Source of the DNA: Methanotrichaceae archaeon
GTDB taxonomy: Archaea; Halobacteriota; Methanosarcinia; Methanotrichales; Methanotrichaceae
Assembly: GCA_963803145.1 (NCBI GenBank)
Contig: CAWDLW010000005.1
Span: forward strand, 1-27,561
Reading direction: 5' to 3'
Length of the DNA: 27,561 nucleotides
In this document: piece after piece, positions 8,684 to 17,554 of the stretch
Numbering within the stretch: the first letter of the stretch is position 1
Layout of the letters: every line of letters starts with the position of its first letter
Made by a program: the position numbers and the translations under genes
The notes under the pieces: generated by a model
Databases searched by the model: none
What the model saw: only the letters and a program-made list of their open reading frames with translations
Told to the model about the DNA's origin: nothing

Positions 8684-9445
8684 TTAGCTCGTATCTAAAT
8701 CTGATTTAGATGAATTTTCGCTACCTAATGTATCTCTCCGGCCTGACTTGAGCGTCCAACGAATATTCTTTATTATCCCCAGCAGAGTTCTTACTTCACG
8801 TTCAGTCAGCCCTGCTCTGCCGAACACACGTCGCAGCATAAGCACAGTATATTCGTTCTTATGCTCAGGATAGCTTATCTCCTCGAGCAGTGATCTGGCT
8901 CTATCCTGGAGCAGCAGCAAACTGTCACGGCTTGCCAGCGTAGTTTCTCCCGCCTTGATCTGGCTCAGTTCATAAAGGAGGATTGTAGCTGCATGGGAGA
9001 TGTTCATTATGGGATAATCGACGCTCGTAGGTATGGATACTACCATATCGCAGATGGCCAGCTCTTCGTCAGTAAGCCCGCAATCCTCTCTTCCAAGAAG
9101 CAATGCAATCGTTCCCTCCTTTCCATCGAGCTTCTCTGCAAGCTCCTTCGGAGATATGCAAGGCACCCTCAGATGCAGCCTCAGATGTCTTTGCTCATTG
9201 CCCATTCTTTTTCCAGTCGTTCCCACAACCAGATCCGTATTATTCAGGGCCTCCTCCAGCGTGCTGACCTTTTGTGCCTTCTCAAGAATGTCCTTAGCAT
9301 GAGATGCCATTGCCCGGCCGAAGTCATCGATGCTGCAGGGACTCACAAGAACAAGGTCTTTAAAGTGGAAGTTCTTCATGGCCCTGGCAATTGAGCCAAT
9401 ATTTCCATCATATTTTGGCTCCACCAAAACCACTTTGAGGTTCAT
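8684..9445 (-). CDS. trmJ: tRNA (cytidine/uridine-32-2'-O)-methyltransferase, SPOUT TrmJ family
   Basis: VVLVEPKYDGNIGSIARAMKNF, GREDCGLTDEEL, YPIMNISHA. Confidence 0.88.
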   Translation of the reverse strand: MNLKVVLVEPKYDGNIGSIARAMKNFHFKDLVLVSPCSIDDFGRAMASHAKDILEKAQKVSTLEEALNNTDLVVGTTGKRMGNEQRHLRLHLRVPCISPKELAEKLDGKEGTIALLLGREDCGLTDEELAICDMVVSIPTSVDYPIMNISHAATILLYELSQIKAGETTLASRDSLLLLQDRARSLLEEISYPEHKNEYTVLMLRRVFGRAGLTEREVRTLLGIIKNIRWTLKSGRRDTLGSENSSKSDLDTS

Positions 9446-9929
9446 TATCGAAACTCTCCTGACCTGGCCATGTTGATATTGGTTTTAAATGTATATTGCC
9501 TTCCAGTTCACCAGAGAGTACACCACGATCACTTAGATATAAGTCTTCTTGGTACAGAGTAACTTCAAATTGGCCTGTGAAAGGTTTTTCTATTATTGTT
9601 GATTTTAAAGAAAAATGGCCGATTATGTGTAGACTTAAATTATACAGAATCGGTTGTAACCATGTAGATCGATAAATCGTTAAATAAGTACTTAAGATCC
9701 ATGTATTATAGTTCTGCTGAGCTAGTGGATGTTGAAGATCCCAGGTGCTTATGTTCTATAAGTATTTTTCAAAGGGTCGAAAATTTCTAACCTTTCATAT
9801 CGATCGTATATCCTTAATTTAATTTCTATATATTTTATTAAAGAAGGGTGATTACTTATTATTATCATTTTGCTGAGGTCTTACCTGTCGGCAAAATATC
9901 GGGATGATTAATGATTAAGGAGGAAGGGT

Positions 9930-10379
9930 ATGAGAACTCTCATATTGGTGGCGGCGATGTTTCTCTGGGCATATGCAGCTGCTGGGGTGGACGATAATAC
10001 AACAAGTGTAGATATATGCGATTCGTCATCCTGTAATTCTATCACCGACAACGGTTTTACTGAAATCAATCTTGGTGAGACCGATTCCATAGTTAGCGAT
10101 ACAATCGGTGATCCTCAGATGGATATGCTTGCCGAGAACATTGGCAATATCGGTAATAGCGCGCTTCCTGACATTAGTATTGCTGACGATCATAACATGG
10201 ATTTGGGTTTGAGCAACAACGCCTATAACAATGCCTATGGCACTGTTCATATCAACTGGCTTTCCGGAAGCTCAACCGCCGATAATCTGACTATCATTGT
10301 ATCTCTTGATAAGTTCATCCAGGTGTGGGGCAATTCTACCCAGGGTGTTATTAGCGTAGATAAGCTGCCACCAGCATAG
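9930..10379 (+). CDS. Hypothetical secreted acidic (Asp/Asn/Ser-rich) protein
   Basis: AGGAGG ribosome-binding site; signal peptide MRTLILVAAMFLWAYAAA; 149-aa ORF with no recognised family. Confidence 0.7.
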   Translation: MRTLILVAAMFLWAYAAAGVDDNTTSVDICDSSSCNSITDNGFTEINLGETDSIVSDTIGDPQMDMLAENIGNIGNSALPDISIADDHNMDLGLSNNAYNNAYGTVHINWLSGSSTADNLTIIVSLDKFIQVWGNSTQGVISVDKLPPA

Positions 10380-10476
10380 ATGTGGTTGGACTCATATCTC
10401 CCTCAGCAATAGCTAACGTAGTTGAAGATAGTGGTGGAAGTGATCTGCCTCATAGGTCTAGTTAGCATAAGTTTCC

Positions 10477-10755
10477 TCAATCGTATTGTATCTTAAATGT
10501 AGCAGACTTGGCCTCTGGATCCGCTAGCGCTGCATGGATTCTCCTTAGATTCTCCAGGATCTCGATGCCCTTTGATGTTGTTCTATAAGACCTATCGCTG
10601 GCTCTAACCAATTTATTTTTTATCAGCATTTTCAGATATAAGTTAACATTTGAAGAATTGGAGTTGGTTTTATGAACTATCGTGGTCTTATTTGCGCCAT
10701 CGCAGCATATGTCTAGAATCTGGGAAACTATTTGCTCTTTGCTTCTCTTAGGCAC
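10477..10755 (-). CDS. Archaeal winged-HTH transcriptional regulator (COG3432/HTH_45-like)
   Basis: KRSKEQIVSQILDIC..GANKTTIV..TN.N....YLKMLIKNKLV...YRTTSKGIEIL; GAGGTGA ribosome-binding site. Confidence 0.85.
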   Translation of the reverse strand: MPKRSKEQIVSQILDICCDGANKTTIVHKTNSNSSNVNLYLKMLIKNKLVRASDRSYRTTSKGIEILENLRRIHAALADPEAKSATFKIQYD

Positions 10756-11018
10756 TGTCTATCACCTCAGCTCTTGAAATATTGGCAACACCTGGATGCA
10801 ATATCTGTACGATATTCGGCCTTTGCCAACTTCCATTTACGGCATTTAACGATATATACGACATCCGACGATATATTAGTTTCGGTATATTAGATCAGAT
10901 GTATAATTATGGCCCAAAAAAGCTCTATGTAATGTACTTTAATCTAATGAACGCAAAAGCAAAGATACTACTTATGTCGATAGATTGGAAAAATCAAAAG
11001 ATAGAATAAATTCTAGCC

Positions 11019-12443
11019 TTATCCTTTCGAAACCCCTAATGGTATGAGCTTTGCAACCTTTGTGGCAATCCCCAGGTTGTGGACAACATTAACCACCTCA
11101 TTAGACGGCTTATAGACCTGTGGCGCCTCCTCAGCAAGCATCGATGGATGAGTTGCCTTGACCTTGATGCCACTTTTGGATAGTTCGGCTCGAATATCCT
11201 GACCGTTGAAGGTCTTCAATGCCTGGCTGCGGCTCATTACCCTTCCTGCTCCATGGCAGGCGGAGCCAAAGGTTAGGCCAAGTGCTTTATCTGTGCCACA
11301 GAGCACGTAGGACGGTGTACCCATACTTCCCGGTATTAGAACTGGCTGGCCCACCTCCCTGTAGATCTCAGGCACCTCTGATCTGCTTGGGCCAAATGAC
11401 CTTGTAGCACCTTTTCTATGAACGTACAGCTTTTCTCTTACCCCATCTACATCATGCGTCTCTATCTTGGCGACGTTGTGGGCCACATCGTAGACTAGGT
11501 CCAGCTTGGCCTCCGGGAAATATTTCTCAAAGACCTCCCTTGTCCAGTGGGCGATAATATGGCGGTTTGCCCAGGCATAATTCGCAGCACATACCATCGC
11601 ACTGAAGTAGTGGTCCGCCTCCGGCGTTCCTATGGGCGCACATGCAAGCTGCTTATCTGGAATGTCGATGCAATATTTATTAACCGCCCGGCTGAGCACC
11701 TCTAGGTGATCGGTGCAGATCTGATGGCCTGCCCCACGCGAGCCGCAGTGTATCATGACAGTAATCTGGCCCTTGAACAGGCCAAGGTGCTTGGCTATAC
11801 GTTCATCGAAGATCTCATCAACCCTCTGTATCTCCAGGAAATGATTTCCGCTTCCTAGCGTTCCTAACTGAGGGCGACCTCTTTTGTGAGCCTTAACGCT
11901 TACCTGTGATGGATCAGCGCCTTTCATCGAGCCGCTCTCTTCGCAGCGCACAAGATCGTCTTTGACGCCGTAGCCCTGATCAACTGCCCACTTTGCACCC
12001 TCCAGGAATGCCTCAGTAAGTTGTTGGTCTGTGACCTGAAGCCTTCCCTTTGCTCCGACTCCTGAGGGCACTGCATCGAATAAAGAATCTATTAGCGTGG
12101 AGATTAAGGGCTGAACTGTTTCGCTGTGTAGATTCGATCTTAGCAGCCGGACTCCGCAGTTTATATCGAAGCCTACTCCGCCGGGGCTAATTATGCCGCC
12201 ATCCTCTCTGAAGGCTGCCACGCCTCCTATGGGAAACCCGTAGCCTAAATGGGCATCGGGCATGGCCATGGAATACTTCACTATCCCCGAAAGTGTGGCC
12301 ACGTTTGCGACCTGGTCTACAGTTCCGGGCTCGATCATCGGAAGCAGAGCCTCTGAGACAAAGATCCTTCCGGGCACTCTCATTCCCTGATGATGGCTTT
12401 GAGGGACCTCGTAAATGTTATCACTAACTTTATTAAGCGTCAT
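11019..12443 (-). CDS. rtcB: RtcB tRNA-splicing ligase
   Basis: MPDAHLGYGFPIGG, VGFDINCG, GSGNHFLE, HCGSRG, HNVA, HRKGAT, PGSMGT, SACHGAGR; normal length with no intein. Confidence 0.97.
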   Translation of the reverse strand: MTLNKVSDNIYEVPQSHHQGMRVPGRIFVSEALLPMIEPGTVDQVANVATLSGIVKYSMAMPDAHLGYGFPIGGVAAFREDGGIISPGGVGFDINCGVRLLRSNLHSETVQPLISTLIDSLFDAVPSGVGAKGRLQVTDQQLTEAFLEGAKWAVDQGYGVKDDLVRCEESGSMKGADPSQVSVKAHKRGRPQLGTLGSGNHFLEIQRVDEIFDERIAKHLGLFKGQITVMIHCGSRGAGHQICTDHLEVLSRAVNKYCIDIPDKQLACAPIGTPEADHYFSAMVCAANYAWANRHIIAHWTREVFEKYFPEAKLDLVYDVAHNVAKIETHDVDGVREKLYVHRKGATRSFGPSRSEVPEIYREVGQPVLIPGSMGTPSYVLCGTDKALGLTFGSACHGAGRVMSRSQALKTFNGQDIRAELSKSGIKVKATHPSMLAEEAPQVYKPSNEVVNVVHNLGIATKVAKLIPLGVSKG

Positions 12444-12459
12444 AAATTATACATCCAAA

Positions 12460-12879
12460 TTATACATCCAGAACAACCTGTAAGCACCAGATATCATTCT
12501 TCTTAACCTCGAATTCATGTAGGGTGACTGCTTTTACCTCGTTGTCGAAGGTATGTCTGCTGAGATCGGTCCTCTCTCCGCCTATCTGTGCTTCAAGCTT
12601 CCAATCTTCATTTTTCTTCAATTTAACATCAAATGTTGAGAAAACTGCGGACTCGGTCTCGAAGAGGAAGACGATCTCCGAGAGCCAATCATAGGCGAGC
12701 TGCTCCAGATCTGGAGCATTAAGCTCTGTCTTCCAGGTCTCTTTGGTTTGGATCTTGGATAAATCTGTCATGGTGCCGAAGAGCGCAACAGCCGCATTGC
12801 TCAGCATTTCCTCTGGAGTCCTGCCATACGCGCGAAACTTTACATCAGCGGTATGCTCCAGGTACTCGAAGGGCTTCAT
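12460..12879 (-). CDS. Archease (RtcB cofactor)
   Basis: FEYLEHTADV, EVKAVTLH, C-terminal VVLDV; directly upstream of rtcB. Confidence 0.96.
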   Translation of the reverse strand: MKPFEYLEHTADVKFRAYGRTPEEMLSNAAVALFGTMTDLSKIQTKETWKTELNAPDLEQLAYDWLSEIVFLFETESAVFSTFDVKLKKNEDWKLEAQIGGERTDLSRHTFDNEVKAVTLHEFEVKKNDIWCLQVVLDV

Positions 12880-12916
12880 CCTATCTAGCTCTGACCCGCG
12901 AAGATTAATAGATTGT

Positions 12917-13828
12917 CTAATAGATTGTCAATCCCCTCATCAGGCCGGCATTCGCTGCCAGCCTGACTGCGTCTCTATACTCCTTCAAAGTGATGGGTCT
13001 GTCGAGCTCAGGGAAGCTGCATGCATTGTACTCAGGGCGATACTGGGCCATGATGTTGAGATAAGTATTCCTGGAGATTTCCTCTGCAAGAAACCTCACC
13101 ACCTCAGATGTGCCGGCAATGTCATCTGGCAAAACTAGGTGGCGAACCAGCAGACCTTTTGTTGCTATGCCGTCATCATCAATTGTGAGATCTCCCACCT
13201 GGCGGTGCATCTCCTTGATGGAGGTCTTCATATAATGGGTATAATGCGGTGAGTTAGAATACTTCAATGCCATCTCGTCCGATCCGTATTTTGCATCGGG
13301 CATATAAATATCGAATATGCCATAAAGTAGCTTTATCGTCTCAACACGATCGTAGCCGCCGCTGTTATAGATCAGCGGAACCGTTAGGCCCATGTCCTTG
13401 GCTTTGACCAGCGCCTCAAGGATTTGGGGCACGAAGTGTGATGGAGTCACGAAGTTTATGTTATGGCAGCCCAGATCTTGTAGACGTACCATTATTTTTG
13501 CTAAATCTCCAGCATCGACCTCTTGCCCTTGAGCCATTTGGCTGATCTCGTAGTTCTGGCAGAAGACGCAACCCATGTTGCAGCCGGAAAAGAAGATGGT
13601 GCCAGATCCATTATCGCCGACGAGAGGAGACTCCTCCCCGAAGTGAGGAGCATAGCTGTAAACGCGTGCATGTCTACCCATGCGGCAAAAGCCGTGCTCT
13701 TCCTCAAGACGGTTCACGCGGCAGTGTCTAGGGCAAATCTCACATGATTTCAGGCCGGAAATTGCCTCATGGGCGCGATCCTCTAGGGCATCAGCAGGCA
13801 GGCGATTATAGCTGGCCAAGTTGATCAC
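12917..13828 (-). CDS. Radical SAM protein, PflX/COG1313 family
   Basis: CEICPRHC, HFGEE, GTIFFSGCNMGCVFCQN (CxxxCxxC), HNINFVTP, DIYMPD.KY, LLVRHLVLP, NIMAQYRP. Confidence 0.9.
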   Translation of the reverse strand: MINLASYNRLPADALEDRAHEAISGLKSCEICPRHCRVNRLEEEHGFCRMGRHARVYSYAPHFGEESPLVGDNGSGTIFFSGCNMGCVFCQNYEISQMAQGQEVDAGDLAKIMVRLQDLGCHNINFVTPSHFVPQILEALVKAKDMGLTVPLIYNSGGYDRVETIKLLYGIFDIYMPDAKYGSDEMALKYSNSPHYTHYMKTSIKEMHRQVGDLTIDDDGIATKGLLVRHLVLPDDIAGTSEVVRFLAEEISRNTYLNIMAQYRPEYNACSFPELDRPITLKEYRDAVRLAANAGLMRGLTIY

Positions 13829-13846
13829 CGTATCACTTGTGTGCGG

Positions 13847-13966
13847 CTATTTCTTCTGCCTCCAGAGGTTCGAGAACCAGCGGGATATGCTCCATGGCAG
13901 ACTGTTCTCCATCCTCCGTCTTATGGCCTCTGGGCTGCTTTTCCTGTTATTAGATTGCTTCTTCAT
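13847..13966 (-). CDS. 39-aa basic small protein (not in ORF track)
   Basis: MKKQSNNRKSSPEAIRRRMENSLPWSISRWFSNLWRQKK*; GAGTGA ribosome-binding-site-like motif upstream; stop lies about 19 nt before the radical SAM start. Confidence 0.55.
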   Translation of the reverse strand: MKKQSNNRKSSPEAIRRRMENSLPWSISRWFSNLWRQKK

Positions 13967-14051
13967 AAGATCACTCTGCTCGCTTAAATTATGATGTTGC
14001 ACCATTTAAATGATTACTGCAATGATTATCCCACTATTATCGCTAATATTG

Positions 14052-14306
14052 TCACTGCCATCTGTTCCCCGTTAATGCCCTGCGTCCCTGGTTTGTTAGT
14101 CCCACGGCATATATGCCATTTGGAAGGCTGTCGCTCGATGGATTTCCACTTTGTGTCTTGATATACCCCTCCATCTCGAGGACACCTAAGCGTGCGCCCA
14201 GCTCCTCTGGATCGAGGTGAACCAAGGCATTGATCCTATCAACTTTTGGGTTGGCGACCCTCAAATCCGATATCGCCTTGAGAATATTGAAGTCGCTAGT
14301 ATCCAC
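14052..14306 (-). CDS. Small winged-helix-like hypothetical protein
   Basis: DFNILKAI...EELGARLGVLEMEGYI...VGLTNQGRRAL. GTG 14306 follows GGTGA (track start 14315). Confidence 0.7.
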   Translation of the reverse strand: MDTSDFNILKAISDLRVANPKVDRINALVHLDPEELGARLGVLEMEGYIKTQSGNPSSDSLPNGIYAVGLTNQGRRALTGNRWQ

Positions 14307-14498
14307 TAAAATCACCTTGAAATAATTGGATGGCAGGTTATTTCATAGTTACTGTTGCTCAAATTTGCCGTTGCTTAGACAGATTTGCGGTTGCTCAGGC
14401 GGTTGGAGCCAGGATAGTTTGTTTATGATCTGCTTCTGCGCAATCTGAAACAAAGGAGATATATTAATATCATCAGTAAATAGCAGTTCTTGAGATAT

Positions 14499-15194
14499 AT
14501 GGGGACAGATGATACCTGGAAGCGTCAGGGAAAGTACCTTTTCGCTAGCGGTAAGTATGATGATGCCATCAAGCTTCTCAATAGGGTCCTGCAGAAGAAC
14601 CCGGAAGATGTGGATGCCTGGATATTCAAAGGCAGAGCGCTGTATTATCAGCGCAAGTACGCCGACGCCATGAGGTGTTATGAGTCTGCCCTTGGCATCG
14701 ATCCCAAGAATGAAGACTGCCTGAAGGAGAAAATAATGTGCTGCGACAAGCTAATCGGCATGAGCCCCAAAAATGTCGATACTTGGGATAAAAAGCTTGA
14801 TGCATTGATGGCTTTGGGCAGATATGAAGAGGCTGCTCAGATCTGCGATAATGAATCTGGGTTCAGCTTTAGGAATTCTCCCAGGGTATGGAACTGGAAG
14901 GGCGATGCCCTTCGAGCCAAGAATGCGTACGAAGATGCCCTCAAGTATTATAATAAAACTTTAAGACAGGATCCTGATAATGAGGATGCCTGGATGAATA
15001 AAGGCAAAGCGCTTTACTTCTTAGGTAAAATTGCAGAATCCATTAAATGCTGTGATAAAGTCATTGAGCTAAATCCTAAAAACGCCAAGGTATGGGCCAT
15101 TAAATCAGTTGCCTTCAAGGCTTTACATAGGTACGATGAAGCTGAGGCTGCAATTGCGAGGGCAAAAGAGCTCGGGTATCGGGAGTTATATTGA
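14499..15194 (+). CDS. TPR-repeat protein
   Basis: About six TPRs (AWIFKGRAL, VWNWKGDAL, AWMNKGKAL); ends AEAAIARAKELGY. The track start is 14490. Confidence 0.9.
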   Translation: MGTDDTWKRQGKYLFASGKYDDAIKLLNRVLQKNPEDVDAWIFKGRALYYQRKYADAMRCYESALGIDPKNEDCLKEKIMCCDKLIGMSPKNVDTWDKKLDALMALGRYEEAAQICDNESGFSFRNSPRVWNWKGDALRAKNAYEDALKYYNKTLRQDPDNEDAWMNKGKALYFLGKIAESIKCCDKVIELNPKNAKVWAIKSVAFKALHRYDEAEAAIARAKELGYRELY

Positions 15195-15212
15195 CTATTA
15201 TTTAAATAAATT

Positions 15213-15232
15213 CCCCGCAAAAAGTTGCGGGG
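15213..15232. terminator. GC-rich hairpin between convergent genes
   Basis: CCCCGCAA-AAAG-TTGCGGGG, a perfect 8-bp stem between the TPR and peptidase stops. Confidence 0.55.
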
Positions 15233-15291
15233 GGACGCCCCACATCCGGAGCTGTTCTTGAGAAATATCCTTATATCGCCCTTGAGACCAA

Positions 15292-16848
15292 TTAGGTATT
15301 TGTCACCTCTTTAATATTTCCTGTTATGCTTTTCGACAGAGTTGTCACGCCTGAAACCTCGTTAGGTTCTGGATTAGGAGGTCCTTTTATTATATCTTTA
15401 GGATTTATAGGAACATATGTTAAGGGCGGTACGAATATTGATTTCCCTGAATTCAGACATTGCAAGTAAACATTATTTTTATCCAACCTTGCTTCTCTTA
15501 ATTGTGGTGTGTTATCGCCTCTTATGCGTGTCACATCAGTGTTCCAAGCATATTGGAATGCCTCTCCAAAGGAGATCTTCCCGTCATGGTTTGTATCTGC
15601 TGATGGCTCAGAGTAGGCCATAATGAAACCATAAATCGACTCGCTGCCTAAATCGGTTGCGGCGTTTGGATCATCAGGGCCATCTACGTCCGGATATGAA
15701 CTCGTATCGGTGGATGCAGAGGTAAACACTACACGATTGGTTACGCCACTGCCGGTCAGATCATCTTCAGATGGTACATATGTTCCATCCTTATATTTCC
15801 CGATAAAGCTACCACTATGACAAGCCTCCATGATGATGGACATCTCTTTGCAGTTGATTGCATTTAGCCAGCTTGCCAATTGGCTCGCTGTGAAAAAGCC
15901 TACTGGATCAACATCCGGTGCACAGGCTATTGAATCAACGCCGCCATGAGCGCTATAAAAGAACAACACCTTATCGTTGCTATTTGCTTGACTGGCCACT
16001 TGACTTATAGCCCACTGCACATTGGCAACATTGGTTGGTCTATCCACTCCTGGATCGTCTGTTTGCGGGCTCATATAGAAAATATGACTATCATCTACAC
16101 CCAGGTTCCTCAGAACATTGTAAATTCCGTTTGTATCTATATGGAATGTATCATTGGGATCATTAAATCCACACACGATCACTGCCCAGTTAACGCATGA
16201 GCTGGATGTGCCAAAAATATTCTTTAAATTCGGATTGATCATTTTCGGCACTCTTGAAGCTATTAGGTTGGGCGCCTTGTAGAAGGTGATAATTGAGGGG
16301 TCCGCTCTTACTGAAACTGTATTAAAGACCTGACGATTATTGATTTTTGGCCACCATTCAGTATCGATAACTTGCTTCGCTTGTGTCTTCGCGTCCACAA
16401 CAACCAATTTAACTGGATGGGCAAAATGAGCTCCAGGTGCAAGATCGATCATGAACAGCCAGCTGGGGTTCTGGGTCACTACCACAGGGTTTGCCTTATT
16501 CATGGACGTGAACGCAGGTTCGATTTGAGTTCCTGCAGGCAGAGCATCCTGATATTCCAGCACTAGCAAACCATTATCTGGATTGACTCTTGGTAACAAC
16601 GGTTCTACGACGGAACTTTGTATTAGCTTTGAGGCATCTGCCTTATTCAATGCCAGGTTAGAAGAACTGGCCGAACTCGATTGTTTTTGCAGGTTCTCAG
16701 CATAAACTGTATTTCCTCCAGAGAGTGCTTTCCCCGACAGTCCTGAATTTAATTCTACAGAAGCAGCCATTTCTGAAAATAGCAATGAAAAAAGGACTAA
16801 CGCTAATCCTAAAAAGGCCGCCAATCTTCTTTTTGCTCCGGTTCGCAT
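15292..16848 (-). CDS. Secreted clan-CD cysteine peptidase (C13 legumain-like/caspase fold) with N-terminal accessory module
   Basis: Signal peptide; NWAVIVCG; catalytic VLFFYSAHGG and IIMEACHSGSF; EF-hand-like DTNHDGKISFGE; TPQ near the domain end. Confidence 0.85.
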   Translation of the reverse strand: MRTGAKRRLAAFLGLALVLFSLLFSEMAASVELNSGLSGKALSGGNTVYAENLQKQSSSASSSNLALNKADASKLIQSSVVEPLLPRVNPDNGLLVLEYQDALPAGTQIEPAFTSMNKANPVVVTQNPSWLFMIDLAPGAHFAHPVKLVVVDAKTQAKQVIDTEWWPKINNRQVFNTVSVRADPSIITFYKAPNLIASRVPKMINPNLKNIFGTSSSCVNWAVIVCGFNDPNDTFHIDTNGIYNVLRNLGVDDSHIFYMSPQTDDPGVDRPTNVANVQWAISQVASQANSNDKVLFFYSAHGGVDSIACAPDVDPVGFFTASQLASWLNAINCKEMSIIMEACHSGSFIGKYKDGTYVPSEDDLTGSGVTNRVVFTSASTDTSSYPDVDGPDDPNAATDLGSESIYGFIMAYSEPSADTNHDGKISFGEAFQYAWNTDVTRIRGDNTPQLREARLDKNNVYLQCLNSGKSIFVPPLTYVPINPKDIIKGPPNPEPNEVSGVTTLSKSITGNIKEVTNT

Positions 16849-16931
16849 TCAAACATCCCCTTTATCTGTCATCATGCCGCTCTAATAGCGACTTTGATCA
16901 CATGTATATGGCCATTAATTTCAAATTTGAT

Positions 16932-17420
16932 CTATCTTTCATACACTACTGTGCTAGAATCATTTCTTTTGGCTTCAGTATCGAAAATCGGGGACTCCAA
17001 AACAGGCCACCACTCTGCATCGATGCTCTTAATCTTGCCGGTTGCTGCGTCCAATATTGATATTATAACAGGATGTGCAAAATGGGCATTAGGCGCAAGA
17101 TCAACGAAAAAAAGCCAGCTTGGATGCTCGCATAGTAGATATCCTGAGGAATTATCCTTTTGGATATATGCCTCTCGAACACGAACACCAGTATCCAGCA
17201 AATTCGGATACTGATTAACGCGCAAACTACTGGCTGTTATATTCTTTATAGTTGAGTTTAAGAATTCTTGAGCAGCCTGGTCCTTAGTTATCATTGCGTT
17301 ACCCAGCGGTTCATACGTTAGGCAAGAGACAACGCATGTGCCTGATAATAGAATGAAAACGATCAAAATTCCGGATAGGCTCGACAAAGATTTTAAGATA
17401 AAATCCAAAAACCTACTCAT
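16932..17420 (-). CDS. Secreted or membrane-anchored protein homologous to the N-terminal module of the adjacent peptidase
   Basis: Hydrophobic N-terminus; PSWLFFVDLAPNAHFAHPV...IDAEWWP aligns with PSWLFMIDLAPGAHFAHPV...IDTEWWP of 15292..16848. Confidence 0.82.
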   Translation of the reverse strand: MSRFLDFILKSLSSLSGILIVFILLSGTCVVSCLTYEPLGNAMITKDQAAQEFLNSTIKNITASSLRVNQYPNLLDTGVRVREAYIQKDNSSGYLLCEHPSWLFFVDLAPNAHFAHPVIISILDAATGKIKSIDAEWWPVLESPIFDTEAKRNDSSTVVYER

Positions 17421-17513
17421 TACCGCTTCTCTCCCCGTTCGAATAATCAGGAATTGCTGTATATATATTTTCCTCTTTCTTTTACAATAACTCGGTTGAT
17501 ATAGAAAAGATAT

Positions 17514-17534
17514 GGGCAGGATCTCATCCCGCCC
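17514..17534 (-). terminator. Hairpin downstream of serS
   Basis: Minus strand GGGCGGGAT-GAG-ATCCTGCCC followed by a T-rich tract, about 20 nt after the serS stop. Confidence 0.45.
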
Positions 17535-17554
17535 GCCTCAATTGAATGCGAGCC

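Noticed and set aside
14499-16848. TPR plus caspase-like peptidase as a Craspase or cell-death defence module
   Set aside because: The genes are convergent with a hairpin between them, the peptidase has a signal peptide, and TPR genes are abundant throughout the window.
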